A stretch of DNA of 64,000 nt from Rhina ancylostomus (taxonomy: Eukaryota). This document shows, piece after piece, positions 24,660 through 37,334 of this stretch. The number at the start of each line of letters is the position of its first letter. Positions within the stretch are counted from its first letter, which is position 1. Below the pieces are notes generated by a model. It did no database searches, was not told the DNA's origin, and saw nothing but the letters and a program-made list of their open reading frames with translations. The translations under genes and the position numbers were made by a program. The stretch spans positions 17,399,643-17,463,642 of the forward strand of contig JARFYF010000112.1 in the NCBI GenBank assembly GCA_030265395.1. The letters are read 5' to 3'.

Positions 24660-26139
24660 CTTTCAGATTTCCAGAAGCTGCAGTATTGTTATTTTCACTA
24701 ACTAAAAGAAAACAAATTCCAGGAATATAAAACAAAATAAAGCAAACCTTCTGGAAATAGAGTAGGCCATGACTGCATCAGAAAATAATGACTGAACAAT
24801 TCTGGATGGATATCAGAACTGGAAATTGATCACATTGAAAACATTAAGCTCAGAGTTTGTGGGGTGAAGCTGGGATGTAAGCTGGAGGAGATGATCACAG
24901 GGGCAGTCAATGATGCTTTTTTGACAGGAATGCTTGATGGGTCAATGGGAAACTGTTCTGCTCTTCAAGACATATAAGTAGCGTAGGGTGTTTGAAAAGC
25001 ACTTAACTGATCACTTAAGAGATCTTGACTCCATTAAGCTGCTTGGTTTCCCACCCCCTGACAGTTTTTCAGTTAACCATTTCAAGACAAATCTATTTAA
25101 TATCTTATATTTTAAACCACTATCAGCACTGTTACAAGAAAAAATTCCAAAAACACTACTTAACAGCCAGCCTCAAAAATGAGTTAAGTTTGTCTTTCTC
25201 ATTCCACTTGTAGGTTATTTTTATAAAAACTACTTTTGGCCTAGAAAATGTTAACTTAATTTTCATTTGGGTCATTTGAGATGTATCATTTAGTATGAAG
25301 AACAAACTGTGTATGTTAGTGCTGGTGGGGAGGTCATTGACAAATGTAGAATTACAGCTAGTCTCAGGGGAAAAAAAAACATTGGCTGATGCAGCTGCAA
25401 GTGTTGTCAGGAGCCTCAGTAACCTCTAAGCAGCTGCATTTGAGAAATTGTATTTTAGACAATGTCAAGAAAATAATGTGGAGTCTGACACCCTGATTGT
25501 GGTTTTCCTGCCTGAGAGACAATCAGGCTTGATGGGACAACAATTTCAGCTCTGGGCACTGAATTGTTGGATAGCCTTTTTTCCCCAAAAATACACAATG
25601 GACTACGGCATTTAGTCAACAACAGTGAGTTAGGCATTACTGACTGCAGAAAATGCACTTATCAAAGATCTTTTTGTTTAATATTTTAAATGAATAATTT
25701 TACAATGTTCTACTACTGTTAATGCTGTTAAGAGTACAAGATTAACAAAAAAAATGTATTTTATGTTTTTTCTTTATATATTTCAACAGATTCAAAGATT
25801 GCATAATGGAAGTTTGAGATGGCATGAGAAGACTTTTATTGGTAAGCATTCATAAATGTTGATTTTACCTCACTCAAAGACTGACAAGAAAATATTTCCA
25901 TCATTAATAATCAGAATTGCTTGATGTGTACCCAGGAAGCACAGGCATAAGTGTTTCATTTGGGGAGGCTGAGGTAAAGGGAGGAAACAAAGTCAACAGC
26001 CCGAGGAGATCAACGGCACTGTCAGACCTCCAGTCCACACGTTGCTTTGTTTTCCCCATATTTGGGGAACAGGACCTCAACAAAATGCTTGGCCTGTTCT
26101 GTGTTGGCAGCAGCATCACAGGTGCACTGTGGCAAAAAT

Positions 26140-26560
26140 ATTTAAGCATCTTATTAAATGCCGCCTTAAACTTTAAGGTTAGTACATCCACTAGTTCCCC
26201 TTTATCAACAGCTGTCTTCATGAAAAAATTCCAATAAATTAGTTATGCCTTTTGCAAAACCACACTGACTTTGCCTGATAGGCTTGAATTCCATTTATGT
26301 GCCCTGCTGTACTGTCTTTAATAACAACTTTTTTGCACTTTCCCATTGACAGCTGTTAAGCTGGATGACCTGTACTCTCCTGCTTTCTGTCACCCTCTCC
26401 CTTTTAATAAAGGTGTTACATTTATTATTTTAATTGAACCATCCCCAAATCTACGGAATTTTGTAATATCAAAACCATCACATCAACTGTCCCACTAGCC
26501 ACTTCTCTAATATTGTGGGATGTAGTCCATCAGGACACAGATTTATTAGTCCACAGCTCC
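26140..26560 (-). mobile_element. Old CR1/HER1 RT fragment
   Basis: VDKGELVDVLTLKFKAAFNKM and PDGLHPTILEK, degenerate forms of VDKGEPVDVVYLDFQKAFDKV and GPDGLHPRVLKE. Confidence 0.85.
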
Positions 26561-27739
26561 ACTTGGAACACTTCTCCACTGAGAGCACCTTTCCTGAATT
26601 CCTCTGTCCCTTCCAGTTCCTTGCATCCTCTATTTGAAGATGTAAATTCAAATAGATAAATGTCAAAATAATGCCAAAAATTAAACCAATTTTATCTGCT
26701 GAAATTATTAAAAACTGAATTCTGCCAAGCCTTAAAATATTGTCATAAACTGAATGACCATCCAGCCTTTAATCTAATATCTCTCTTCCTTTGTTTCATT
26801 GTTTTATCCTTTGAGGCAGAGAAAGTCTACATCTATTTTGTTCAATACAAATACAGCAGACTGAGTTAGATTACTGGGTTAATGCAGGCCATCGCTGGAG
26901 ATCATGCAGGGACTGATGAAAAGCCATGTGTAATTGGCTGTATCATTAAGAACCACATGGGAATCTAGAAGAAGACAGCAAGTTATCGCACAAAATGTAT
27001 TTAATTTGCTAAATTAAATGCTAATTTAGGAGTGGGTGGAGGAGAGCAGATCAACATTGTTATAACATTAAAGGTACTTTACAGCACTCCATTTGGCTTT
27101 CACTCTAAACCACCAGTTTTTATGAAAAGCATCACATAAAAATAGTGCTGTAACATACATTAAAATCTGTTTAAAGGAGCACAGATTTCACGGCAAGACT
27201 GTGTGATCACAGTGCATGACATTATATAGCACATTACTATTCACTCTTCTCTCTTCCCAAATGGGTTTGCCAGGCTTTTACAGCAAAAAAAATTGTGCCC
27301 TTTCAAAAAAAAGTCAGCAGATGCAAAATTACCCTTCTAATCAACTACTCAACATTTTGCCAAGTTATGAAATAGAAGTAAAAAAAGCAAGACAACTGAA
27401 AGCATTACCCTAATGTATGCGAACTGTAAGCTATGAGACTGGCACCCCATCCATCATCCTAAACATTTATGCCTTCCTCCTTCAGTGCATCAAAATTGCA
27501 GCATGTGTCATCTTCAAAATGTATAGCAGCTATTCACTGAGGATACTCCAACAGCACTTTACAAACCTGTGATGCCTATTACTTACAAAGACAATTGCAC
27601 AGGAACACTGCCACTTGCAGATTCCCCTCCATGTCACATGCCATCCACTTGGAAATATTTTACAGTTCCTTTATCTCTGCAGGGCCTAAATTCTGAGGCT
27701 CCCCACCCAACACTAGATGGATCATAAATTGTAAAAAGG

Positions 27740-29120
27740 AAATTTACTGCACAAGTTATTCAGCTCATTGTGTTTTATGCAATTTGAAAAGCCTAATTCC
27801 ACCTTCTAGCAATAGATTTGCAGCCCTGTAGGTCACAGCTCAAGTGCACATTCGTGCACTGTTTAAAGACGTTGATGGTTTCTGCCTCTAGCACCGTTAG
27901 AAAACGAACTCCAACCCCCTATCACCTTCTGGGTCATAAACATTTTTTGTCATCTCTCCTCTAAACCTTCTATCAAGTACTTGCCCACTGGATTTTGACC
28001 TCTGCAGTAAATATCCAGATATATAATTTTGTGTACTTCAATATTGTCACCCCTCAGCCTTCTAAATTTCAAGAGAAACAACCCTGCATTTTGCAGCTTG
28101 TACATTCTGTTGTCCATGTTCTCACTCCCGAAATGCTTCCATTCACCTTATTAACAACATATTCCCTTGGTCACCCTGGTTTTACCCTACCAGATACAAC
28201 CTCTCTCCCATCCTCCCTGCAGCTTAAGAAGCTTCTTTTGTCTACTTACCAATTCTGAAAAAGAGTCTTTGACCTGAAACATTAACTCGGCTTCTCCTCC
28301 CAAAGATGTGGCCTACTGAGTATTTCCAGCATTTTCTATTTTTATTTTAGGTTCCCAGTATCTGCAGTATCTTTTTTGATTTTCAAACAATTCGAGCCTA
28401 TCCAATCTTTCCTCTTACTATAGCTTCCCAGTCTTGGCAGTATTCTTGTATAGCTCTTCTTCACCTTCTCCAGTATAATAACATCTTTTCTGTAATCTAG
28501 TGATCAGAACTACATGCAGTATTCAAGTAGTCTAACTAGCGTTGTTTATTGTTCTAACATATACTGGATGCTTCAGATAATAAAGGAAAAGATCCTATAA
28601 TTCTCTTTAGACATGCTTTTCAAAGTCCCTTTGTTCCTCCTTATCACTCAACAACTGCCATTTATTGTCTAACCACCAGCCTTGTAGCAGTCCTCCTCAC
28701 ACTTTTCTAGATTAAGCACCCCATTTGCCACTTTTCTCTCTAAGTGATCAAACCTCCTATACTTTCCTCCGGCCTACAGCTTTCCACCTCGCTCAACCAC
28801 ACAGCTGATTTGTCAGATCATTTGCAACTTCTTTATCATGCCTTTACATTTACATTTAAATCATTGATTTAATACTAAATACTAAAAAAAGGCAAGTGAC
28901 CACGTACTCAATCCTGGAGAACCCCAATGATAACAGTCTTCCTGTTACAAAACTATTTTTCCAACATTATCCTTTGCTTCCTGCCTCTCAGCCAATTTAG
29001 ATTCAAGTTCCCACTCTCTCTTAGATCCAAAGGGCTTTCACATTTTTGACCAACCTGCTATTTGGGACCTTATCGAAAGCTTTGCTGAAATCTACACAGC
29101 CTACATCAAACACACAGTCA
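27740..29120 (-). mobile_element. CR1/HER1 decayed fragment, nested
   Basis: Reverse motifs ttgggaccttatcgaaagctttgctgaaatc ([10 protein letters not shown]) and cagaactacatgcagtattcaag (LEYCM.F). Confidence 0.8.
28090..28385 (+). mobile_element. Penelope-like terminal repeat nested in CR1
   Basis: ctgaaaaagagtctttgacctgaaacattaactc...ctgagtatttccagcattttct; aaacaa is present on both sides. Confidence 0.75.
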
Positions 29121-29789
29121 ACATGAAATAAGTTGGCAGCTCATTGCCATCTTTTCAAGGGAAATTATCAATTGGCAATAAATACTGGCCTTGCTAGTGA
29201 TGCCCACATCCCCTAAAAATAAATAAAACTACATTGGCAACAATAACTGTACAATGCTAGCTGGAGTAACAGGGATTCCCAAGCTTAATACCCATAATGA
29301 AATTACAATGGCTCTTAAAAAATACACTCCAGTGCTCAGATTCTTGCTGGGTTACTCTCTACGTTAGCAGGGTTTTGATTGTAAAGAGCTGGGATACTCA
29401 GAGGAATTGCATTGTATACTGTTTAAGGCATACACTGAAGCCACAAGACACCATTGGTGGAAGAAATTTATGTATAGGGGTATATCAATGGGATGCATTG
29501 GCTGAATGGTGTGGAGCTTCTTTAGGTGTTATTTGGCAATGAATAAACCTTGAATACTCCAGAGGATGGGGTTAGGTGGGGAGTCAGTTTCAGATTTTTG
29601 ACATATGCTTCAGGAAAATCTGCTGACAGCCTTGAATAAAGAAACAGACACTACTAGCCAGCTGTCTTCAAATTGTAAGCCTTTTTCTTTTAGGCTGTCT
29701 CCAAATCAATGCTACATCTTGACAGGCAGTAGACATGATACATTAAGTTTTTGCACTGGGTAGAGAGAAACTAAGAAGGCCCGTGCAAA

Positions 29790-29920
29790 CACAAGGACCA
29801 ATGCGGAGCAAGATATTTGCCCTGCTTTTGGTGAACGTGTCATACGTAGATAGATGCCAGCGATGTAACCATAATAAAAAAGCCTAGTTAAAGGCGTAGC
29901 TAGTTCTGGAGCACAGAACC
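29790..29920 (-). mobile_element. CR1-clade LINE RT fragment
   Basis: CAPELATPLTRLFYYGYIAGIYLRM, compared with the recalled consensus CAPELAAPLAKLFQYSYNTGIYP. Confidence 0.75.
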
Positions 29921-30229
29921 AGAGGCCAATATTCTGTTGGGTGACGCTGTTATCATGAACAAGTGGCAGAGTACGCAAGCTGGAAAATACAAGCATGAAT
30001 TGGTAGTGTTAAATGTGTGAGGCTATGGTAGAACACATGAGTGTTCATTCTGAGCTCAAAGAGACATTGTGGGAAAGTGGGGTGGGGGGTGCATAATGAA
30101 TTCAACAGTGCCCAATACTGGTACTGCAGTGGTAAATTATAGCATCTGAAGATGCATTCATGGAGCATGATCACTTGCATGAGATCAGCAAATTCCTTAC
30201 GGCACTGCATTCACTTTGGTAAAGGCTGC

Positions 30230-30615
30230 CAGACATGATGATACAGCAGTGCTATTGCTTCATAGCTCCAGAGACCTGAAGTCAATCCTGACCTTGGGTC
30301 CTTCCTGTGCAGAGTTTACACATTCTCTCCAAGACCAAAGGGCCTGTTTCTATGCCGTAAATCTAAGGCTCTATAACCACTTGAGTTTCCTCCTACATCT
30401 CTGTGCGTGTTGGTGGGTTAATAGGCTGTTATAAATTATCCCTTTGCTTATATTAATGGCAAGATAAAGAATCAAAAAGAGAGTTGTTGGGCACATAAAA
30501 GAGAATAACTTGCAGGGGTACGGAGTAATAAGGACAACAGAAATGGGATAAAGGGGATTGCTTCCCTGGGAGCAGCATGGATCTGAGGGCCAAATGGCCT
30601 CCTCCTACATCATTA
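30230..30615 (+). mobile_element. tRNA-derived V-SINE (HE1-like), old, carrying a 40-nt CR1 tail insertion
   Basis: tRNA-like head, V-domain gagtttacacattctctcc...gtttcctcctacatc, and CR1-like tail ggccaaatggcctcct. The insert at about 30338-30375 is flanked by ACCA. Confidence 0.75.
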
Positions 30616-31289
30616 ATAGCCTACAATCTCCTTTGTCTTCTGAGAATAGGTCAAGAGGGCCCCTTGCTCCCTGACCCCTGGAATACACCTCCTGGAGCTC
30701 CAGTGCAGTGTCCAAAAACCTTGAAGCTTTTCTCCCTTTTGTTGTGCCATTCCACAGAGTATTCCCGTTCAGATTAGATGCACAATGATAGCCAACATTT
30801 GCTCTACCTACCATGTTCCTCCACTTAGAAAAGCAACCTCATTTTAAGTAAAACAGGCTCAATAAATCGAGCTAACCATTCACGACATCAGACCCCTTCT
30901 AATGTGTTGAGCCAATCAAAAGTCTGGTTATTGCAGTCACAGAAATGAACAGACAGCAAGTATGTGGATGCACTGCCTGCATTGTGCCCATCTCCAGGAG
31001 CTAAGTTTAAGCACTCAATAATTCCTCTATCTGCCTGATATTTAGAACCCTTATTTCAGAAACTTCAAACCAGTCATGCACCTCTATCTTATTTTCTTTA
31101 GAGCGATGTTTCTTTGCAATATGAGGATATGAGAACAGACTGCTAGCGTACAATAGATGGTGGAGATAGGCATGACATTTGAACACTGCGCAAGCAGCAA
31201 TCTGTTCATGGTGGATTTTTTTTTTACTTCTCGTGATTAGTGGATCCACTTTATTTTCTCTGCATATCTTGCTTCAGCTTCATGTCTGA

Positions 31290-31680
31290 CATTTTCTAAA
31301 TACGAATCCCACATTTTTGCCTCCCACTCCTATTATTTTCATTTTGTCTTTTTTTCCCCCATATATCTGCATGATCTCCCTGTGGATCTTCCATAAAAAC
31401 AAATCGTTTTCTATTAAGCAGTTTGCAGATCATTTAACAGATTTATTCAATGCTTGATGTAATCTGTAGTTCTCTCCCACTTTTGCTACTTTCCCAGTCT
31501 TACTAAGTCTTGCTAAAATATCTGCTTCTCACTCGGCCTTTCATTCTGATGAAGGCAGTACACACAAAATGCCATAAGCTGTCTTTCCTGTTTATATCTG
31601 CTGGCTGATTGGCTGTGTATTATAAGGTTCTCCAGTTCTTATTGAAAATTTCCAATATTTGCAGCTCCTTTTTATTTTGC
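31290..31680 (+). mobile_element. Very old Penelope-like terminal repeat
   Basis: cattctgatgaagg...ctgctggctgattggctgtgtat...ttccaatatttgcagc. Confidence 0.5.
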
Positions 31681-32119
31681 ACTAGTAGAGCATGCTTCTC
31701 AGGCCAGAAACCACAAAATTCAGGTCACTTAATAGTAAAATTAAACAGAAACCAGAGCAAAGAATGTGTTAGCTTTCAGTTAAACTTGTTTATTTCACCA
31801 GAACGAAACCCAGTTCAAAATACTAACTATTTATAGTCTCTAACCCCACATATGAATAAAAAGTTTCTGACGAAAGCATATATTTGATTTTTGCCATCTC
31901 AGGCTGATCAACTGTTTAGGTTGTACCCCGAGCTTTTTTTGTGCTCTGAAGGTCAAAAAGTGTCTTACAAAAATTGGTAATACAATGGGGAAAGAATGTT
32001 TGTAGATATTCCAGAGAGTCAGCACTAATGCACTAACAGACCTAATTATCAAAATAAATAATAGGCACTGGCTCATTTTCTACCTTCCCATGCAGAGTGG
32101 AGGAAATCATGTGACACCA

Positions 32120-33745
32120 CAAGAAACAAAGAAGTCAGAGGATTAGATATGATTTACCCTGAATTTCTGAAGAAACACAGGACAAATGGACATGCCAAAC
32201 TTACCACGGCTTTCATAGCAGCCAACCAAAACAGAGGTAGTCCCTAAGGTCAGGAAGCAAGCTATGGTTATCACCTTGTGACAATTGAGAAAGTAACAGG
32301 ACAGATTCACCAGCTTACCAACTGATCTCACTGTTACTCACTACAGGTAAATTAATGGAGGGACAACCCTTCTAATCTGCCTCTCATGTGTCCTTGAAGA
32401 AGTCCTCACTGTTAGAGAGGGCTGCTGTGCCCAGGTGTTATTCTCATGACTTTCATTGAGGGAGGTTTCCAGTACTGGGGAAGGCCAAAAGCATTTTCAT
32501 CAGCCTTCCTTCTGGCTGTGATACAGTGTGACAACAGAAGCTAAGTTTAACTTTTCAGGACCAAAAAACACCATGCCTGATCTCAGTGTTGATTTCCGAG
32601 TGCCAATTCCACGTACACTTTGAAGGACTGGCAAGTTAGATGATTAATGATCAACTCTTATAGATAAACATTGGCCTCAATAATCCCCAACACCCCTGTC
32701 ATAGCATCTATCAAATTCTCATTCTTAAGATGCACGTTTAGTCGTACAAGTACCCATCATCTTAGCCAGCACTATACTGAACAATCACTTTAAGGCATTG
32801 GAATAATTCTTCCATCACTGAAAATTACATTCCCAAAACGTTAGCAACAGTGTCTCAGCTTCAACAATAAATCCATTTCTCGGAAGCTGGACATAAATTT
32901 CTATAGTGAGAAGATAGCACCAGTAGACTCTGCAACATATCTAGAATGTTCCTTCATCTTGATCATCAGAGAAAACGTGTAAACACAAACAAGCTTTCAC
33001 CAGAAACATGCAGGAATTGCAAGGAGCAATGACCCTCCAAATGGCTACACTGGCATTGATGTAATCCACCACAGAGTATTGTGTTCTTATGTGACTAGAT
33101 AAAGCAAACATGTTGGATATGCAATGAAAGATAACCAAGTTTATTATTACCAAAGCACTTAATTTGACTGGTTAGCAAACATCATCCCCAGACATTAGAA
33201 GGGACGCCTACGTTGACTGCTTTGCAAACTCATCACACCTGATACACTACAATATAGAAGGCATGCCAAGACTACAGGTCAAATCAAAGAAAATACCATG
33301 GGAGAGACTCCAATGATAAATCTTGTTTAATATCAAACATTGCTGATTAGATATGGTGAAAGAAAGCTCATGAACTTTAAGATGTTACAGTCAATGTTAA
33401 ATTCTTAGATTGCCATGGAGATTGCAATGAAAGAAATAAGAATGTCTCAAAGGCTTCATTGCCAACTTGACTGAACTTGGACTCAATCTTCAACAGGATT
33501 TGTAGACAACCATGAATCAAGTAAGGAAGACATGGCTATGTTTTTACACCAATGGAAACTGAAGTCAATTTCCAGCTCAACTGCAGCAATAAAATTCAAA
33601 CAATGGAACAAATCGTCAGATACTGCCCCACTTGATCTTTTCCAGGGCATAAAGCGAACAATGACAGACCTTGCTCCAGACACCATAACCTAATTCCAAA
33701 ACTTGGACATCAAGATATATAACCATAAGGTGACGACAACTACCT
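32120..33745 (+). mobile_element. Vingi/Ingi-like non-LTR retrotransposon, decayed RT to C-terminal Cys/His region
   Basis: Colinear frame-broken motifs GLDMIYPEFLKK, PKVRKQAMVIT, YQLISLL, SIFISLPSGCDTV, NNKSISRKLDINF, TLALM*STTEYC, LANII.PDIRRDA, LHQWKLK, QTMEQIVRYCP and NLDIKI. Confidence 0.8.
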
Positions 33746-35334
33746 ATAGCACAGAATAGAACAGTGTGCCTGATAACTATGATGCCTCCACTAGTTTGGA
33801 ATAATCACAAGTGAAGACACTTTGAAGGCCTGGCATCAAGAACATGAACTAGATGACAAAATTAGTCAGCCTAGGGATTAAAACTAATTATTTCTGTCAC
33901 TTGGATGGAGAGAGAGAAATCAGCGACCTCTAACAGAGGTGTGAGTCTGCATAACAGCTATATATGTAGATTTTCCCCACATAAAAAGTTAGCAAAAGCT
34001 TCACTGTATCAGCAGACATACCACATATACATTTACTAAAATTATATTAAAACCTGATAAATTCTCTACTGTGCATGGATAAAAATAATCAGTTGGCAAA
34101 CAGTGAAAAATCAGGTGAGGTCAATATACATAATAGGACTCTTTTTTAATCAGCTTTAAAGATCAGACAGATGACTCTCCGAATTTTTGATCTCACCACA
34201 CCAACTTTCCTCTGCTTAGGCAAATATTTGCATCCAAACCTAAAGTCTGCCCACGGTGTTTCATGACAGGAAAAAAAGCAGTTTTCTGATCAATTACAAC
34301 AGCTTCTTCAGTGAAAGCTAAATTATATCAAGTGTGTAACTCTGTACCCTTTGCTATTACTGAACCACAGTGTCAGCTGTTGTGCAATATACCTTTCTTA
34401 AGCTTGCAGAACCCTTGGGCAAGAGTGGCATCTCTCAGGATAGATATTACAAGCCCCAAAAGATAACTCGGGGGTGCAAGATCCAGCAAATGTAATCTAG
34501 GAATTTGACCTGTAACATGTAGGGGTTCATGTGCCTTCTTTCACCACATCCTATCAAGAAAGTCTTAGATCATCAGTGACTATATCGATCTAGATTCATA
34601 TTCCAATCACATCAAGTTCAAAAAGATAAAAAGAGCAATGCAAGCTATGCCTATGTAAGGAGCCTATATGCAAATTTATACCACAAGCCTTTGGCATTTT
34701 AATATAAAACAGTTTCCACACTTTCAGTTTTATCTTACACTCAACAAATGAAGACTGAACTTGCAAAGCTTGCAAAAACTCAACTCTGAGTGGAACATGT
34801 AAATCACATTCCTACATCTTCAGAACTCAGGAAAGTTGTGACAAATGTTAAAATTGATTTCTATCCACACAATAGTCTTATATAGTAGCTTCTAGAAGGC
34901 TACTGTAAACTAGAAGCAGTAAGATTAGAAACTACAATGCTTGTATTTTACAGAAGGAGCCACTCTTATATAGTCCGGAGAATAAATCAATATGACAGTC
35001 TGCAACTCTCACTTCAAGCACAACAAAATCTTAATTGTGCATCTTATCACTGGTTCAGGTATGATCACCTAACTTAGAGTTGACCAGCATTCGAATTTGG
35101 CACCCTTTAGTTCTGCACTGAGTGATGCTTCAGAGTTGGAGAGCTTTCTCAGGTTGATGTACTTGAATCTACCTGAATCATTGTTGTTCACATGTGTGAA
35201 GCTGAATGGAGAAGAAAGCTCTTATCAAGTATGTTTTTTTAATAATACTGTCAAAAGCATAACCCATATGGTAAAAAATACAGTAAGAAATATAATCATT
35301 CTAACATCTCAATATTTGCTGACAAATAAAATAG

Positions 35335-35990
35335 ATTTTGGTGAAATGTGAACTACACTAGATCTGGGCTGAGTAGTTGAGAACATGGAGGAAGGAATAT
35401 AACGTGGAAAAATGTGAAGTCAAGGACAAATCAAAATGTCAAGTCAAAATGTGAAGGAAAAGCAGAATTTTATTTTAAAACAGTGACAGATTGTGAAAAG
35501 TTGATATTCAAAGGGACCTTGCTGTCCTTGTGAAAGTTAACATGCAGGTGCAGCAGCAATTAGCAAGGCAAATTATATGCTGGCCTTTATTATGAGAGGC
35601 TTTGAGTTCAGAAGCAAGTTACTGCAATTATGAGAATGCACCTGGAGTATTGAGTATAATTCTGGTCTCCTTACCTAAAAAAAATGCACTTGCCATTGAG
35701 GGAGTGCAATACAGGTTCACCAGACTGGTTCTGGACGTGGCAGGTTTGCTTTTTGAGAAGAGATAGCTACACCTTTATTCTTTAAAGTTTAGAAAAACAA
35801 AGCGATTGCTTGAAACTCATACAACAGTTCACTCAAAAAAAGGGAGATTAATCAATTTCTGGATAATAAGGGAATCAAAGGATAAGGGGATAATGCAGGA
35901 AAATGGACTAGAAATAGAAGAATCACTATTAGATGAATGACAGGGCAGCCAGATGGCTGACTTCTGTTCCTAATTCTTACATTCTCAACA
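35335..35990 (+). mobile_element. CR1/HER1 3' region, old
   Basis: aaggcaaattatatgctggcctttatt (KAN.MLAFI), cacctggagtatt, aggttcaccagactg and a CR1 tail. Confidence 0.85.
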
Positions 35991-37334
35991 AGACACCTTT
36001 CATGACTCAAACTCGAGGATCAACATTTTCATCTGTATTTTTATGAAATGGATGGTGATTAATTTTTAAGTTACTTTATATTGCATAGCAGGATAAAGAC
36101 TTCTTATTGAGTCCATTTTCCATTACTGAACACTCATGGGTATAATGATCTTTAATAAATGCAGAATTTGGAACTTAAGGCTAAAAAATTTACTTTTATT
36201 TATTGAAACAAATAAATGATACACAATGTAGCAAATAGTTCATTGACTGGCTAAATGAACTGTTAATCAAAGCAGTTGATCTCAGCCAAATGAATGGTGG
36301 ATCTTACCTGATCACAATAGATTCAAAAATGAATGCTTTTCGGAATTCAACATTGTGTCACCAGAGTTAACTATCAGTTGCAAATGTTGCATTCAATTCA
36401 CTGAGATATCTGTTATAAATGCATTTTGATTCATTAATGGAAAATGGACGCTGTAAGAAATCTTTAAGTCTTTGCCCAGCTGCACAATATAAAGTAACTT
36501 TAAAATCAATCACAATCCATGTTACAAAAAATATGTATGAATATATTGGTTCTATAGGTCATACTAAGGTAGCTCTACCACAACCATTTGATTTTGGCAG
36601 TAGTAGAGCCTATCAAATGGTAATGAGGTGGTAAATATGAGTTTAAATTGATTACAATTACTGCGGGTAAATCCAAATGAGCTTTACAATGCTGATTAAC
36701 TAAATTAATTAAACGTAAAAGTAATTGCTTTCTGAATCACTTATGAAATAGGGTTCATCTAAGAAGGAACGTCATCCAGGGAGGAAAGATGTTGCAAGCC
36801 ATGGGAACAGAAAGAATTTGTTTTCATTGTATGGATTAAATGATTGATTAGAAAGCCATGGGAAAAACCTGATTAATTATAGAAATGGATGTCAACCTTT
36901 CAAAAAAATGCCCGAAGTCAGCTCTGCCATTCTATCAGATCATAATTGAAACACGTTTCAATTTAATTTCCGGCACTTCACCCATACCCTTCTTTTGCCT
37001 AATAAGAATTAGCCAATCTCAAATCTGAAAATTTTCTACTGACCTTTGCACTCACCACACTTAAAAAGAGAGAAGTATGGATTTCTACTGTCCTTTGTAT
37101 CAACATATATTTCACAATTTCACTCCTTAATGGTACAATTTTCAAATTAAGATTATGCCATCTTATTTTGGTTCATCTACCAGGGAAAATGCATGCATCA
37201 CCTTCATAAAGCCATCATTTAGGTCATCCTTCCACCTTCTAAAGTTAAAGGAATACAAACCAAGTTTATCTATCAGACAGATGTGATCAAAGTAGTGAGT
37301 AACTGAGGCAGCACTACACTTGTTATGCAAAAAG

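Larger units (their letters stand above)
27430..29230 (+). mobile_element. Old CR1-clade (non-HER1) LINE 3' end split by insertions (pieces about 27430-27715 and 29120-29230)
   Basis: ggcaccccatcc...atcttcaaaatgtatagcagc...actccaacagcac, and tail ggcaataaatactggccttgctagtgatgcccacatccc-A-rich. Confidence 0.7.

Noticed and set aside
26020-26127. HFVEVLFPKYGEN, reminiscent of the ZIP transporter N-terminus
   Set aside because: A stop follows within ten codons and there is no further similarity.
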